Shown one piece after another: positions 31,608-40,990 of a DNA stretch of 64,000 nt. The translations under genes and the position numbers were made by a program. The notes under the pieces were generated by a model. It was not told the DNA's origin, searched no databases, and worked only from the letters and a program-made list of their open reading frames with translations. Source of the DNA: Chryseobacterium gleum (GTDB lineage: Bacteria > Bacteroidota > Bacteroidia > UBA10329). Positions within the stretch are counted from its first letter, which is position 1. Each line of letters begins with the position of its first letter. Location of the stretch: assembly GCA_945903645.1 (NCBI GenBank), contig CAMDOM010000013.1:485-64484 (forward strand), read 5' to 3'.

Positions 31608-32744
31608 TTATTTGCTGGTCTTCACTTCATCGCCAGTGGCCACCTCGTTGTAGCCTTCCACAATTACCTGCATACCAGCAGTTAGCCCTTCGGATATAAG
31701 GATGGAACCTTGACTCGATTTATCCAGTTTTACGTAGGTTTTTATGGCTGTTTCTTTCCCATCAGCTTTTTGCACTGTAAATACATAATCGCCTTTGGGG
31801 TCTTTGCTCACGCATTTAGCGGGAACAATCAATGCTCCATTGGCCTCAAAGTCTTTGATTTTTAGGGTAGCGATACCATTGGGTTTGAGGAGTCCGTTGC
31901 TATTATTTACTAATACCTCTACAGCAAATGCACGATTTGCAGGATTTATCATGCTGCTTACCATGCGAATGGGCGCCTTGGTAGAAAAACCAAACGATGG
32001 AAAATCAATATCCACCATGCTATTAGGCTTCACGCTTTGTACATAGTTTTCGGACACATCCGCTTTCACCTTCATCTGGTTCATGTTTACCACAGTGAGT
32101 ATTGGCATACCCGGTGCGGCCAATTCGCCTTCTTTTTGGTAGAGACGGTCTACAACACCCGAAAACGGTGCTTTTATGGTAGCCATATCCATTTGCGCCA
32201 CCACGGTAGCACGTTTCTTTTGTGCTTGCTCTAAGTTGCTTTTGGCTTCCAAGTACTGAATTTCCGAGCCTATTTTGCTTTCCCACAAGCGGCTTTGACG
32301 GTCATAAACAATTTGCGCCATGGCAATGCCGTTGTCCAATTCTTCCAAACTTTTTTGGATAACGTTAGTGCTCAATGTGGCAAGGGTTTGCCCTGCCGAA
32401 ACGCGGTCGCCTTCGCGCACTGTGATGCGTTTAATTTGTCCGCCTTGCTCGGGGCTAACATTGGCTACTTCCACCGCTTCGATGGTACCGTTTACTTCAA
32501 AGAAATGCTCAAACTTCTCTGGGGTAATGTTTTTAACGGTTACCAACAAACGGCCATCTTTTACATCAGAAAAACTTGAATCTGCAGCCAGAATTGTTGC
32601 TTCCAAAAGGCGAATCTCATTCTCCAATTTCGCAAGCTCGGTGCGTTTCTCAGTGAGAAGCGATTTTTTGCCTTCAATAGAATCGTCAGAACCACAGGCG
32701 GCAAAAAGGAGTAGTGTTGAAAGGGTAATCAAATAGGGTTTCAT
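31608..32744 (-). CDS. RND efflux membrane-fusion (periplasmic adaptor) lipoprotein
   Basis: Lipobox LFAACGSD, coiled-coil hairpin region, beta-barrel/lipoyl-like domains (GQTLATL...GMPILTVV). Confidence 0.85.
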   Translation of the reverse strand: MKPYLITLSTLLLFAACGSDDSIEGKKSLLTEKRTELAKLENEIRLLEATILAADSSFSDVKDGRLLVTVKNITPEKFEHFFEVNGTIEAVEVANVSPEQGGQIKRITVREGDRVSAGQTLATLSTNVIQKSLEELDNGIAMAQIVYDRQSRLWESKIGSEIQYLEAKSNLEQAQKKRATVVAQMDMATIKAPFSGVVDRLYQKEGELAAPGMPILTVVNMNQMKVKADVSENYVQSVKPNSMVDIDFPSFGFSTKAPIRMVSSMINPANRAFAVEVLVNNSNGLLKPNGIATLKIKDFEANGALIVPAKCVSKDPKGDYVFTVQKADGKETAIKTYVKLDKSSQGSILISEGLTAGMQVIVEGYNEVATGDEVKTSK

Positions 32745-32793
32745 TTCGTGGAATTAAGGATGTTGAATTGTGGATTAAATGTTTAAGGAGGTT

Positions 32794-34146
32794 TTACTGA
32801 TTAAAAGAGCGGCTTAAGCTCAGTTTGGCGTCCATAGTGGCAAAAAGCTTATTGATGTAGTCGCCTTGAGCTTGTGCCAATTGGTTTTCTGCTTGGGTCA
32901 AGTCCATGCTTGTGCTCATGCCTTCGTTATATTTTACAAGGATGGTAGCACGAATGCTTTGAGCCAATTTCAATCCTCGTTCGGCATTGGCAAGTTGTTC
33001 CATAGCCGATACATAACTGTCACGTGAGGTTTTGTATTTCAGTTTTAAGCCTTCTTTCACATTAAACAATTGGTCGCGCTTGCGTTGCTCTTCCAATTTA
33101 GCTTTTTGAATGGAAGCCAAATTGCCAAGGTTGTCCCAAATTGGAATTTTAAGGCTGATGCCCCAAAGCGAATTGGGAAACCATGTGCCAGCACTGCTAA
33201 AGAAGTTAAACTCGTTTCCGAACGCCTGTTGCTTGTATGAATAGTAGGCTGCAAGTGTGGGCATGTATTTAGACTGTTCCAACTGGGTGAGGTACTTGTG
33301 CATCTTCACATCTTGACTCACAATGTCGTAGTTGATGTTTTTCTCCACTGAAAATTCTTGGGTAAGCAGCTTCTCTGGGTCAGCGGTTTTCCACATGGTT
33401 TCGAGGCCATCGGTTAGTGTCACTTCGGTATCCACATCCATACCTATGGTGTATTTCAATAGGTTTTTTGCAGCCTCTGCTTGACGTGTTGCCATGCTTA
33501 TTTGGGTACGCATGTTGGTTACCAGAAGGTCTATTTGATCCACATCCATTTGCTCCGCAAAGCCATTTTGAAACAAGGCAGTAGTTTCCGAAAGCGTTTT
33601 CTCTAAATTCTTGAGGTTCGAACTAAGGATAGCCACATTTTCTGCTGCTACCAAGGCAGTGTAATAGTTTTGCTCGGCTGCAGCAGCAACGTTGTAATTA
33701 ATCATATTGCCTTTGCTGGCTTGCAATTTTTGCAATCCTTTTGCACCACGCAATCCTATTATATATGAACCATTGAAGAGCACTTGACTCACTGTTCCGC
33801 CCACATCCATAGTGTAAGGCTGGCCAAATTGGACGGGTTGTGCAGGCGTACCAGCAGGCGCACCAAACAGCGTGGCATCAATAAGGCTTGTGGGCAAATC
33901 GATGAAATTGTTAAAAGCCACCTCGGCATTCACCTGCGGCAACAATCGCGCTGTGGCCATCCAAATGTCTTTGTCGGCTTGCTTAATGTCGATAACAGCA
34001 CCTTTGGCCTCGTAGCTGTTTTGGATGGCGTAATCTTTGGCTTGCTGCAAGCTCAACTGCATCGCAGGCTTGTCTTGCGCCCACAGTGCTAAGGGAAAAA
34101 ATAGAATAGAAAGTTGTACTGCTGCTGTTCGCATGGTATTATTCAA
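32794..34146 (-). CDS. TolC-family outer-membrane efflux protein
   Basis: 450 aa, signal peptide, two internal repeats of the outer-membrane-efflux-protein helix pattern. Confidence 0.85.
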   Translation of the reverse strand: MNNTMRTAAVQLSILFFPLALWAQDKPAMQLSLQQAKDYAIQNSYEAKGAVIDIKQADKDIWMATARLLPQVNAEVAFNNFIDLPTSLIDATLFGAPAGTPAQPVQFGQPYTMDVGGTVSQVLFNGSYIIGLRGAKGLQKLQASKGNMINYNVAAAAEQNYYTALVAAENVAILSSNLKNLEKTLSETTALFQNGFAEQMDVDQIDLLVTNMRTQISMATRQAEAAKNLLKYTIGMDVDTEVTLTDGLETMWKTADPEKLLTQEFSVEKNINYDIVSQDVKMHKYLTQLEQSKYMPTLAAYYSYKQQAFGNEFNFFSSAGTWFPNSLWGISLKIPIWDNLGNLASIQKAKLEEQRKRDQLFNVKEGLKLKYKTSRDSYVSAMEQLANAERGLKLAQSIRATILVKYNEGMSTSMDLTQAENQLAQAQGDYINKLFATMDAKLSLSRSFNQ

Positions 34147-34179
34147 AATGTTGGGTTTCCTTACTACTTAAATCTCTAT

Positions 34180-34812
34180 TTAAAAAATCGCCTGATTCTG
34201 CGCGTTCATCGCCTTGAACTTATCCTGCAAGTAAATAATGCCCTTTTCACTTGCAATGCCGCGAATGTGGTATCGTATTGTTTCGGTATAAATCTGAGCG
34301 GCATTAAACTGCGCCCTTGGAAACAATGCCTCGTCAAAAATCACATCCATGCGCCCCACGTACAAACCCGAAATAATATCGGCATTCAAATTGACGCGAT
34401 ACAACCCTTGTTCGATACCCACTTGCATGTTGCGGGTCAATACCCCACGAATGGTTTTTAGCTTGTAATCCATAAACAGCTTGTGCGCCTTGGGGTAGTA
34501 TTTCTCCAAATCAAAGAGAATGCTGGGATGCATTTTGGTGAGGTGCTCGCTTACGTGCTGGGCCATCAAAAACATTTCATCTATGGCATTGGCGGCATCC
34601 ACATGTATTTGCTCCATCATGGCAATGTCTTTTTCCATGTAGGCGGTCATAGTGAGTTCTACCAGTTCGGCTTTGTCGGCTACGCAGAGGTAAAGTGTCT
34701 TTTTGGATATACCCAAATGTCGGGCTATATCGTCCATAGTTAGACTGCGTACACCATACTGCATAAACAAGCCTGTGACTTGCTCCAACAGTTGCTGACA
34801 TTTCATTTCCAT
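34180..34812 (-). CDS. TetR/AcrR-family transcriptional regulator (likely regulator of the downstream efflux operon)
   Basis: N-terminal HTH (GVRSLTMDDIARHLGISKKTLY); 210 aa; first gene of the tetR-tolC-MFP-RND cluster. Confidence 0.8.
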   Translation of the reverse strand: MEMKCQQLLEQVTGLFMQYGVRSLTMDDIARHLGISKKTLYLCVADKAELVELTMTAYMEKDIAMMEQIHVDAANAIDEMFLMAQHVSEHLTKMHPSILFDLEKYYPKAHKLFMDYKLKTIRGVLTRNMQVGIEQGLYRVNLNADIISGLYVGRMDVIFDEALFPRAQFNAAQIYTETIRYHIRGIASEKGIIYLQDKFKAMNAQNQAIF

Positions 34813-34930
34813 ATTGCAAAAGTACTAATCTGGAAACGATGGAAACGTTTTTAATAACAAAAGTTTCCAAAGTTTATAATTCCTTAACATAAAGCAGCGG
34901 AAAGGGAATTACTGGCCAAACAGAGGGCCA

Positions 34931-36391
34931 CTAATTATCCCCGTAGTACTGCTTGGTGCCTGTGGCGTCAAACTGAAAGGCTTTGTCGCTTTCGGTTTTG
35001 TCGAGTTTATTTGCTGCGGATAGGCTCCATAGCACCAATTCCATGCAAAACAGTTTTTCGGCTTCGGTGCGCTTTCCGCAATGGGTTTCTACCACCTTCA
35101 CCAGCGGTGTTATGGAGAGTAGATTGGCATTGAATTCAGCGTCTGTGTCTGTATAGTTCAGTTCTACCATGTCGTTGGTGTCAAACCAAGCAATCACATC
35201 GGTGTAAGGTGTTTTTACACCCTGCTTCTCCAGCTTTGGTATGCGCGGAAAAAGCTTCTCAAACTCGGTGGTAACAGCCTTGTCAATAAGGTGCTTTGCC
35301 ACACCAGTTGCGCCTTCTTGCTCGCCTTCATATACCAGTTCAATCTTGCCGGTGATGGAGGGGATTATTGAATTAAAATCCACCAATCGGATTACGGTCT
35401 TTTGCTCACCTGTTTCTATGAGGCGAAGATTGGCCGCTGCCATTAGGTTTTCCATTGCGCTGATGGTGAGTCGTGCACTAACTCCGCTTTTGGCGTCTAC
35501 ATATTCGCTGTCGCGTGCTTCAAAAGATACTTGTTCTAGCAGGTCTTTGGCCAATTCGCACATGGATATATTCTCCTTATCGTGTGCAGATATGCGGGCC
35601 TCTTGCTGGGTTATTTTCTTAGCCAGCTCAATGCTTTTGGGGTAGTGCGTGAAGATTTGAGATCCAATCCGGTCTTTTAAAGGAGTAACAATGCTGCCTC
35701 TATTTGTGTAGTCCTCTGGATTGGCAGTGAAAATGAACTGTATGTCCAAAGGCATACGCAACTGAAAACCACGTATTTGAATATCGCCTTCTTGCAATAT
35801 ATTGAATAGCGAAACTTGGATACGTGCCTGCAAATCGGGCAACTCATTTAATACGAAAATGCAGCGATTGGCCCGTGGAATCATGCCATAATGCAGCACG
35901 CGCTCGTCTGAGTAAGGCAATTTGAGCGTTGCGGCTTTTATGGGGTCTATATCGCCTATTAAGTCAGACACATTCACATCGGGTGTAGCCAATTTCTCAA
36001 AGAAACGGTCGGAGCGATGTACCCAACTTATAGGGGTAGCATCGCCCATTTCGGTAAGCGTATCTTTTGCGTATTTGGAGATAGGGCGGTAAGGGCTATC
36101 GTTTATCTCCGAACCTTTCACAATGGGCATGTACTCGTCCAGGAGGGCAATCATATTACGCGCAATGCGTGTTTTTGCCTGACCGCGCAATCCCAATAGG
36201 TTAATGTGATGCCCTGCGAGTATGGCCTTTTTCAATTGCGGAACCACGGTATCATCGTAGCCCCATAGGCCATCAAATGCTGGATTACCCGCCCTTATCC
36301 GTGCAATTAGGTTTTCCTTTAGCTCTTGGTTTATGGTACGCTCTTGATATCCAGACTGCTTTAGCGCTCCAAACGTAATTTCTTGTTTCAT
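34931..36391 (-). CDS. AAA+ ATPase, Mg-chelatase ChlI-like family
   Basis: Walker A-like GLRGQAKT, Walker B/sensor VLNELPDL, arginine-finger region KDRIGSQIF; likely start MKQEIT (tracked ORF is 13 codons longer). Confidence 0.6.
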   Translation of the reverse strand: MKQEITFGALKQSGYQERTINQELKENLIARIRAGNPAFDGLWGYDDTVVPQLKKAILAGHHINLLGLRGQAKTRIARNMIALLDEYMPIVKGSEINDSPYRPISKYAKDTLTEMGDATPISWVHRSDRFFEKLATPDVNVSDLIGDIDPIKAATLKLPYSDERVLHYGMIPRANRCIFVLNELPDLQARIQVSLFNILQEGDIQIRGFQLRMPLDIQFIFTANPEDYTNRGSIVTPLKDRIGSQIFTHYPKSIELAKKITQQEARISAHDKENISMCELAKDLLEQVSFEARDSEYVDAKSGVSARLTISAMENLMAAANLRLIETGEQKTVIRLVDFNSIIPSITGKIELVYEGEQEGATGVAKHLIDKAVTTEFEKLFPRIPKLEKQGVKTPYTDVIAWFDTNDMVELNYTDTDAEFNANLLSITPLVKVVETHCGKRTEAEKLFCMELVLWSLSAANKLDKTESDKAFQFDATGTKQYYGDN

Positions 36392-36392
36392 C

Positions 36393-37601
36393 TTATATTT
36401 TTTTGACTCTGTTTTTCTCGTAATCCTCAAATAGCATGTCGCCCAAACCTTTCAAACCTGTTAGGAAAGCTTTGCCGTTGTTTTGAGCGGTAAACATCTT
36501 TATAAACTGCTTCAAATAGGGGTCTGATGCAATCATGAAGGTGGTGATTGGTATTTTCAGTTTCCTCGCTTGCGCTGCCTTGTTTAGGCATTGCGCTACT
36601 ATCATTTCATCTAATCCGTTGCTATTCATGTAATACTCTCCGTTTGGCAACCGCACGCAGCTGGGTTTTCCATCTGTAATCATGAATATCTGCTTGTTGG
36701 TGTTGCGTTTACGCCTCAATATGTCCATCGCCAATTCCAAGCCGGCCACTGTGTTGGTGTGGTATGGCCCTACTTTCAGATAGGGGAGGTCTTTTATCTG
36801 AATGGGCCAAGCATCGTTGCCAAATACGATGATGTCAATAGAGTCTTTAGGGTATTTGCGATGTATCATTTCTACCAACGCCATAGCTACTTTTTTGGCA
36901 GGCGTTATGCGGTCTTCACCATACAATATCATCGAATGGCTAATGTCAATCATCAGCACGGTGCTCATTTGGGCCTTGTGCTTGGTTTCCTCTACTACAA
37001 GGTCGTTTTCGGTCAGCTTTAGGTCGCTTATCCCATGATTGATTTGGGCGTTCTTTAAACTCTCGGTCATATCCACTCGCGAAAAATCGTCCCCATAGCT
37101 GTACGGGCGATTTTCGCCATCGCGTTCGTCCCCTTGACCTACTTTTTTGGTTCGATGATTGCCAGCGCCACTTTTTTGGAGTTTGCCAAAAATCTGTTCC
37201 AAGGCATATTGGCGCAGTGCCGATTCCAATTTGGGAGTAAGAATATTCCTACCTTTTCCTTTGCCCGAGTTTCCACCTTCTGGGTCTATCTCTTCTTTGA
37301 TGTAGCCCCGCTTTTTGAGGTCTTCTTCAAAATCGGCAAGGGTATATGCATCGGTGAAAATGTCATATTCGTTGTCCAGTTCCTTCAGCCAAGCAAACGC
37401 TTCTTCAATATCGCCAGAAGTATGAGTAAGCAGCTCTTTGAAAGTGCTAAACACCTTGTCGAAAGGGGAGATTTCCTTCGGGTTGTGCTTGCTAAATATG
37501 AATCCTTTGCCGAGGTTAAATTGAATTCCGTCCATCCTATCGGCTAAAATACTACCGTAACCAACAAACAGCACAACGGGGGTATTGTTTTGTAGGGGCA
37601 A
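36393..37601 (-). CDS. von Willebrand factor A (VWA) domain protein, partner of the ChlI-like ATPase
   Basis: C-terminal VWA/MIDAS region (VLMIDISHSM...FMITDGKPS). Its stop abuts the start of the ATPase gene. Confidence 0.6.
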   Translation of the reverse strand: MPLQNNTPVVLFVGYGSILADRMDGIQFNLGKGFIFSKHNPKEISPFDKVFSTFKELLTHTSGDIEEAFAWLKELDNEYDIFTDAYTLADFEEDLKKRGYIKEEIDPEGGNSGKGKGRNILTPKLESALRQYALEQIFGKLQKSGAGNHRTKKVGQGDERDGENRPYSYGDDFSRVDMTESLKNAQINHGISDLKLTENDLVVEETKHKAQMSTVLMIDISHSMILYGEDRITPAKKVAMALVEMIHRKYPKDSIDIIVFGNDAWPIQIKDLPYLKVGPYHTNTVAGLELAMDILRRKRNTNKQIFMITDGKPSCVRLPNGEYYMNSNGLDEMIVAQCLNKAAQARKLKIPITTFMIASDPYLKQFIKMFTAQNNGKAFLTGLKGLGDMLFEDYEKNRVKKI

Positions 37602-37816
37602 CGCATCAAAATGATATTTCTGGACCGAGGATATGGTTTTTCGAGATAAGCAAGGTGGAGTGAGAAATCTTCATTAAATTGATTTTTAATTACATAGATA
37701 CATAGGCGTAACAAATGAAAAGATAGAGAGATGCCTCGGAATTCACGTAGTAGTGCGCGTAAATGCCGATTTTTCAGGATAATATCTAACACCAACGCTC
37801 TTAACTATGTGTCTAT

Positions 37817-38545
37817 GTGGTTGAGAATCAGTTCCCTTTGCTTGAAGGAAGAGATGTAGATCGCTACCAAGTGAAATGGGACAATAAATGGGTTAAATAC
37901 GGCTTTCATTTAGCTGAACCTCGAAACTTAGAGTTATTTCAGGATGAGCGATTGCTTGCAAGAAGAACAATGGGTGAAAAAATTATCGCAGCATGGTGTA
38001 ATGAGGATATGATTTCGAATGCCTTGTTGCATGTGGTAAAAATTCCCTCAAATTATTCTGGGAAGTCGGTTTTAAGTATTGTCATATCCAAGTTATTGGC
38101 GTATTACTTCAGAAAAATGTCAGGAAGAGATGACAAAGCTTTTCCAGAGATTAAAGTGCACCAACTTCGTTCACTACCAATCATGTTTGACTGTAATCAT
38201 GATTTTAAGGTAGATTCAATTATGACATCTGTAAAAGATTTTGAAGAATCAGTTTCTAACCTTTTGAATTTACTCCAAACCCAATTCGACATCCCGAAAC
38301 CGAGCACGAAGTTGCAGCAGTGGCCGAGTTTAGATTTTAAGGGCTTTATGGCAGAGTTGGGCAAGGCCAAGGTGGTGTTGAGCTTAGAGAAACAGGAGGA
38401 ATGGATGGCTTACTTCACTAAAAAGAAAACAGAAGCCAACGCCCTGCAAAGTGAAATAGATAGAATAGATAAAGAGATTGATAAGATGGTGTATGGGTTG
38501 TATGGGCTTACACAAGAAGAAATCGCCATAGTTGAGAACGCATAA
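37817..38545 (+). pseudogene. C-terminal target-recognition fragment of a type IIG restriction-modification enzyme (TaqI_C-like), N-terminal domains missing
   Basis: LLEGRDVDRYQVKWDNKWVKYG matches the GxDIxRY motif of TaqI-like C-terminal specificity domains. C-terminus ...MVYGLYGLTQEEIAIVENA is typical of these enzymes. An in-frame TAA lies five codons upstream of the GTG start (37802-37804). No MTase or nuclease domain is present in 37602-37816. Confidence 0.45.
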
Positions 38546-38621
38546 AAACCCCGATGATCGCTTCGTGAATACCTTATTCCATTTCATTTTGCCAGTCGCA
38601 AATTGATAGTATGGTGCATGG

Positions 38622-38718
38622 GTTGTAGAGACGTTGCATGCAACGCCTCTACAACCAAATTCCGATAACCTATAGAGACGTTGCATGCAACGTCTCCACC
38701 GCATGCAACGTCTCTACC
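38622..38718. repeat. REP palindromes (GTAGAGACGTTGCATGCAACGTCTCTAC core), two or more copies, immediately 5' of the RAYT gene
   Basis: 38622-38655 is a 34-bp near-perfect palindrome; 38683-38718 has a second copy with the internal duplication gcatgcaacgtctc x2. Confidence 0.65.
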
Positions 38719-38739
38719 GAAAATCATGATATTTACCCC

Positions 38740-39330
38740 ATGGCCGATCTATTTCGCGACAAATACCGCGTCCCGTCTGCCCGCGCCCCATGGTGGGATT
38801 ATGGGCGCGATGCTGCCTATTTCATCACCATCTGCACCCAAGACCGTCAACATTTCTTCGGAGAGGTAGAGCAAGGGGAGATGCTTCTCACGGAGATTGG
38901 ACAGATTGCCCATGATTGTTGGTATACCATACCTGACCATTTTCCATTTGTTCACCTTCATGAATTCGTGGTGATGCCAAATCATGTGCATGGCATTGTC
39001 ATCATTGATCGGTATGGATCTGGTCTTCCGCCTGCAGAGACGTTGCATGTTGTGGAGACGTTGCATGCAACGTCTCTACCACCACAACCACCCAAAAACG
39101 AAAAAATGGCAGCCATATCCCCTAAATCAGGGTCGTTGTCCACCATAATCAGGTCATACAAATCTGCGGTATCAAAACAGGCGCGCGCTATCCATGCCGA
39201 TTTTGCATGGCAATCGCGTTTTCATGAACACATCATCCGTGATACCCAGAAACTCGAAAAGATCCGTTTTTACATCCTGAACAACCCTTTGTTGTGGGAA
39301 AAGGACAAATTCAATCTGAATAATCAGTAA
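38740..39330 (+). mobile_element. REP-associated tyrosine transposase (RAYT, IS200/Y1 HUH family)
   Basis: N-terminus MADLFRDKYRVPSARAPWWDYGRDAAYFITICT; HUH motif MPNHVHGIV; C-terminal WQSRFHEHIIRDTQKLEKIRFYILNNPLLW aligning with the catalytic-Tyr region of E. coli TnpA_REP; flanked by its REPs. Start at 38740 (tracked ORF 38638 reads through REPs). Confidence 0.8.
39034..39090. repeat. REP copy embedded in-frame inside the RAYT coding sequence
   Basis: gcagagacgttgcatgttgtggagacgttgcatgcaacgtctctacc encodes PAETLHVVETLHATSLP between the HUH motif and the catalytic region. Confidence 0.55.
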
Positions 39331-39404
39331 TCCTTCAAAACCTGCATTAAAATGCTCAGTCGGATTAAGTCTTCCGAAGGATTACTCGTGTGGAACTAGA
39401 CGCT

Positions 39405-39535
39405 GCCTGACTAAGTGTTATCATGCTCGTTGCAGCGTTTCCAAGGGGTATCTTCAAGGGAATAGTGCACGCACAGTTTTCTACATTCGGCAGAGAGATT
39501 GCTGCGCTAAGTAGTAACTGGGCAAAACCCGCACA
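39405..39535. repeat. intergenic repeat R1 (repeat family: ...CTAAGTGTT..GTTGCAGCGTTCC.AAGGGGT.TCTTCAA.GGAAtAgTaCACGC.CAGTTTTC.ACATTCGGCA.AGAGA..GCTGCGCT.AGTAGTAACTGGGCAA)
   Basis: About 90% identical over about 65 nt to 40920-40985 in the same orientation on the other side of the nuclease gene. Shares the CTAAGTGTT/GTTGCAGCGTTCC modules with repeats at 41.3-47.3 kb. Confidence 0.5.
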
Positions 39536-39542
39536 GCCGTTG

Positions 39543-40811
39543 TTACAATTCTGCACTAACTTCCACAGCCTTCCCATTCCCAATATACATGGTTGGCTTT
39601 CCGCCCAAATCTGCAATTCTGCCATTAACGGCTATGCGTTTACCGTCTAAAAATTCAACGGGGTCATACTCAAAATTTATAAGGTCTTCTTTTTTAATGA
39701 ATATCGTAAAAATTTCATTGGGGTATTGCTTATCCAAATTCAATAGCACATTCCCAGCACGGCTCGCGCGGCCACTTACCACTTTACCCACAACGGTGGA
39801 GTTTTTGCTACCTCCCGCGGCACGCGCAGCCATAATGGTGCTAATCTGCCCGCGCTTTAGTTGCTCAATGGGCACAGGCGGCACATCGCCACTTGCTACT
39901 TCGCTAAACCAATCGCTCGTAATTTTTTGGTGGGCTATTTCAGCCTTTTCATCGGCTCGCAGTGCCGTAAAAAAAGATAAACCTGTCAGGTGTTCAACGC
40001 TGTCAATGTCCACGGCATAAAGTTCTAAAGGCTTTGTGCCCGGTGCATTGGGCAACACAAAACCAATGGCTTTCATCTGCACTCTATCCAGCACAACCTT
40101 CCAATAATAGTTCGGGATGCTCACTTTGTTTATGCCTCGTTCTATTCTGGGCAAACCATCAGTGAGTATTGGCCCCGTCACCACATACAACATACTACCG
40201 GGATGCTGATAGATATACTCCCGTATTTTATCTTCCAAATCACCCCAAATGCCGCGGTTAAAATCACCTAACTGCGGGCTCATATTGCTATACAAATAGC
40301 TTTCGCTTAGGGCCTGCGCACTCCATCGAAAATCTGCACTGGGTGCCAAATGGCCGCGATCATATCCAAAGCCATCATAGGTATAGCTGCTGTCGGGTTG
40401 CAGCTGCTTCAAAAAATAATCGGCTTCTACCGCGCTGCCTGTGGTTACCAAACTATCCGCCCTAAAATCGTTGGTACGGCTGACGGCACCTTCTGTAACA
40501 TCAGGCAAAATAATATGTGCCACCCATCGAGCTTGTTCATGTTTTTCAGCATACGCTAGTGCCATGCTGCTATGCCATAACAACTGATCGCCCGGTTTTA
40601 CATCTGGCAATCCAATTTGCATCAGGTCATTACCTACTTTTTCCAGTTTCAGTGTTTCACGGTGTCTGTTCAATATACCTTTCTGCGCTTCCAGATGGGC
40701 AATGTTCTTTTCCGTTTCTGCAATGTTTTTCGCTATACTTTGAGCAGAAGCAAAGCTTCCTCCCAAGCAAAAAATCCAAATAAAATAAAATGCTACGAAT
40801 GCTTTTTTCAA
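39543..40811 (-). CDS. secreted DNA/RNA non-specific endonuclease (Serratia NucA-like DRGH family) with C-terminal OB-fold-like domain
   Basis: Signal peptide MKKAFVAFYFIWIFCLGGSFASA; catalytic DRGHLAPSADF motif; C-terminal region (GKVVSGRASRAGNVLLNL...IAVNGRIADLGGKPTMYIGN) looks OB-fold-like. Confidence 0.8.
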   Translation of the reverse strand: MKKAFVAFYFIWIFCLGGSFASAQSIAKNIAETEKNIAHLEAQKGILNRHRETLKLEKVGNDLMQIGLPDVKPGDQLLWHSSMALAYAEKHEQARWVAHIILPDVTEGAVSRTNDFRADSLVTTGSAVEADYFLKQLQPDSSYTYDGFGYDRGHLAPSADFRWSAQALSESYLYSNMSPQLGDFNRGIWGDLEDKIREYIYQHPGSMLYVVTGPILTDGLPRIERGINKVSIPNYYWKVVLDRVQMKAIGFVLPNAPGTKPLELYAVDIDSVEHLTGLSFFTALRADEKAEIAHQKITSDWFSEVASGDVPPVPIEQLKRGQISTIMAARAAGGSKNSTVVGKVVSGRASRAGNVLLNLDKQYPNEIFTIFIKKEDLINFEYDPVEFLDGKRIAVNGRIADLGGKPTMYIGNGKAVEVSAEL

Positions 40812-40876
40812 GCGTCCAAGTTACTGCCGTAATAGAGCTGATAGTTTTAATTGTTCGTAATCAGTATGTGAAGTTA

Positions 40877-40990
40877 TCCCGCAGGTGTGCGGGTTAAGTG
40901 TGCCGCAGAGTCTCTTCAATGGAACATTACACGCTCAGTTTTCCACATTCGGCATAGAGAACGCTGCGCTTAGTAGTAACTGGGCAATAA
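40877..40990. repeat. intergenic repeat R2 (direct copy of R1) with 6-bp-stem hairpin cccgcaggtgtgcggg
   Basis: tcttcaatggaacattacacgctcagttttccacattcggcatagagaacgctgcgcttagtagtaactgggcaa aligns with R1. Confidence 0.5.

Noticed and set aside
38638-38739. N-terminal extension of the RAYT ORF through the REP palindromes (MQRLYNQIPITYRDVACNVSTACNVST...)
   Set aside because: The extension is just the REP DNA read as protein, and the conserved RAYT N-terminus begins at MADLFRDKYR (38740).
39365-39650. Small ORFs 39365..39625 (-) and 39423..39650 (+) between the RAYT and nuclease genes
   Set aside because: They lie within repeat R1 and the nuclease 3' end; no coding signal and both are under 90 aa.
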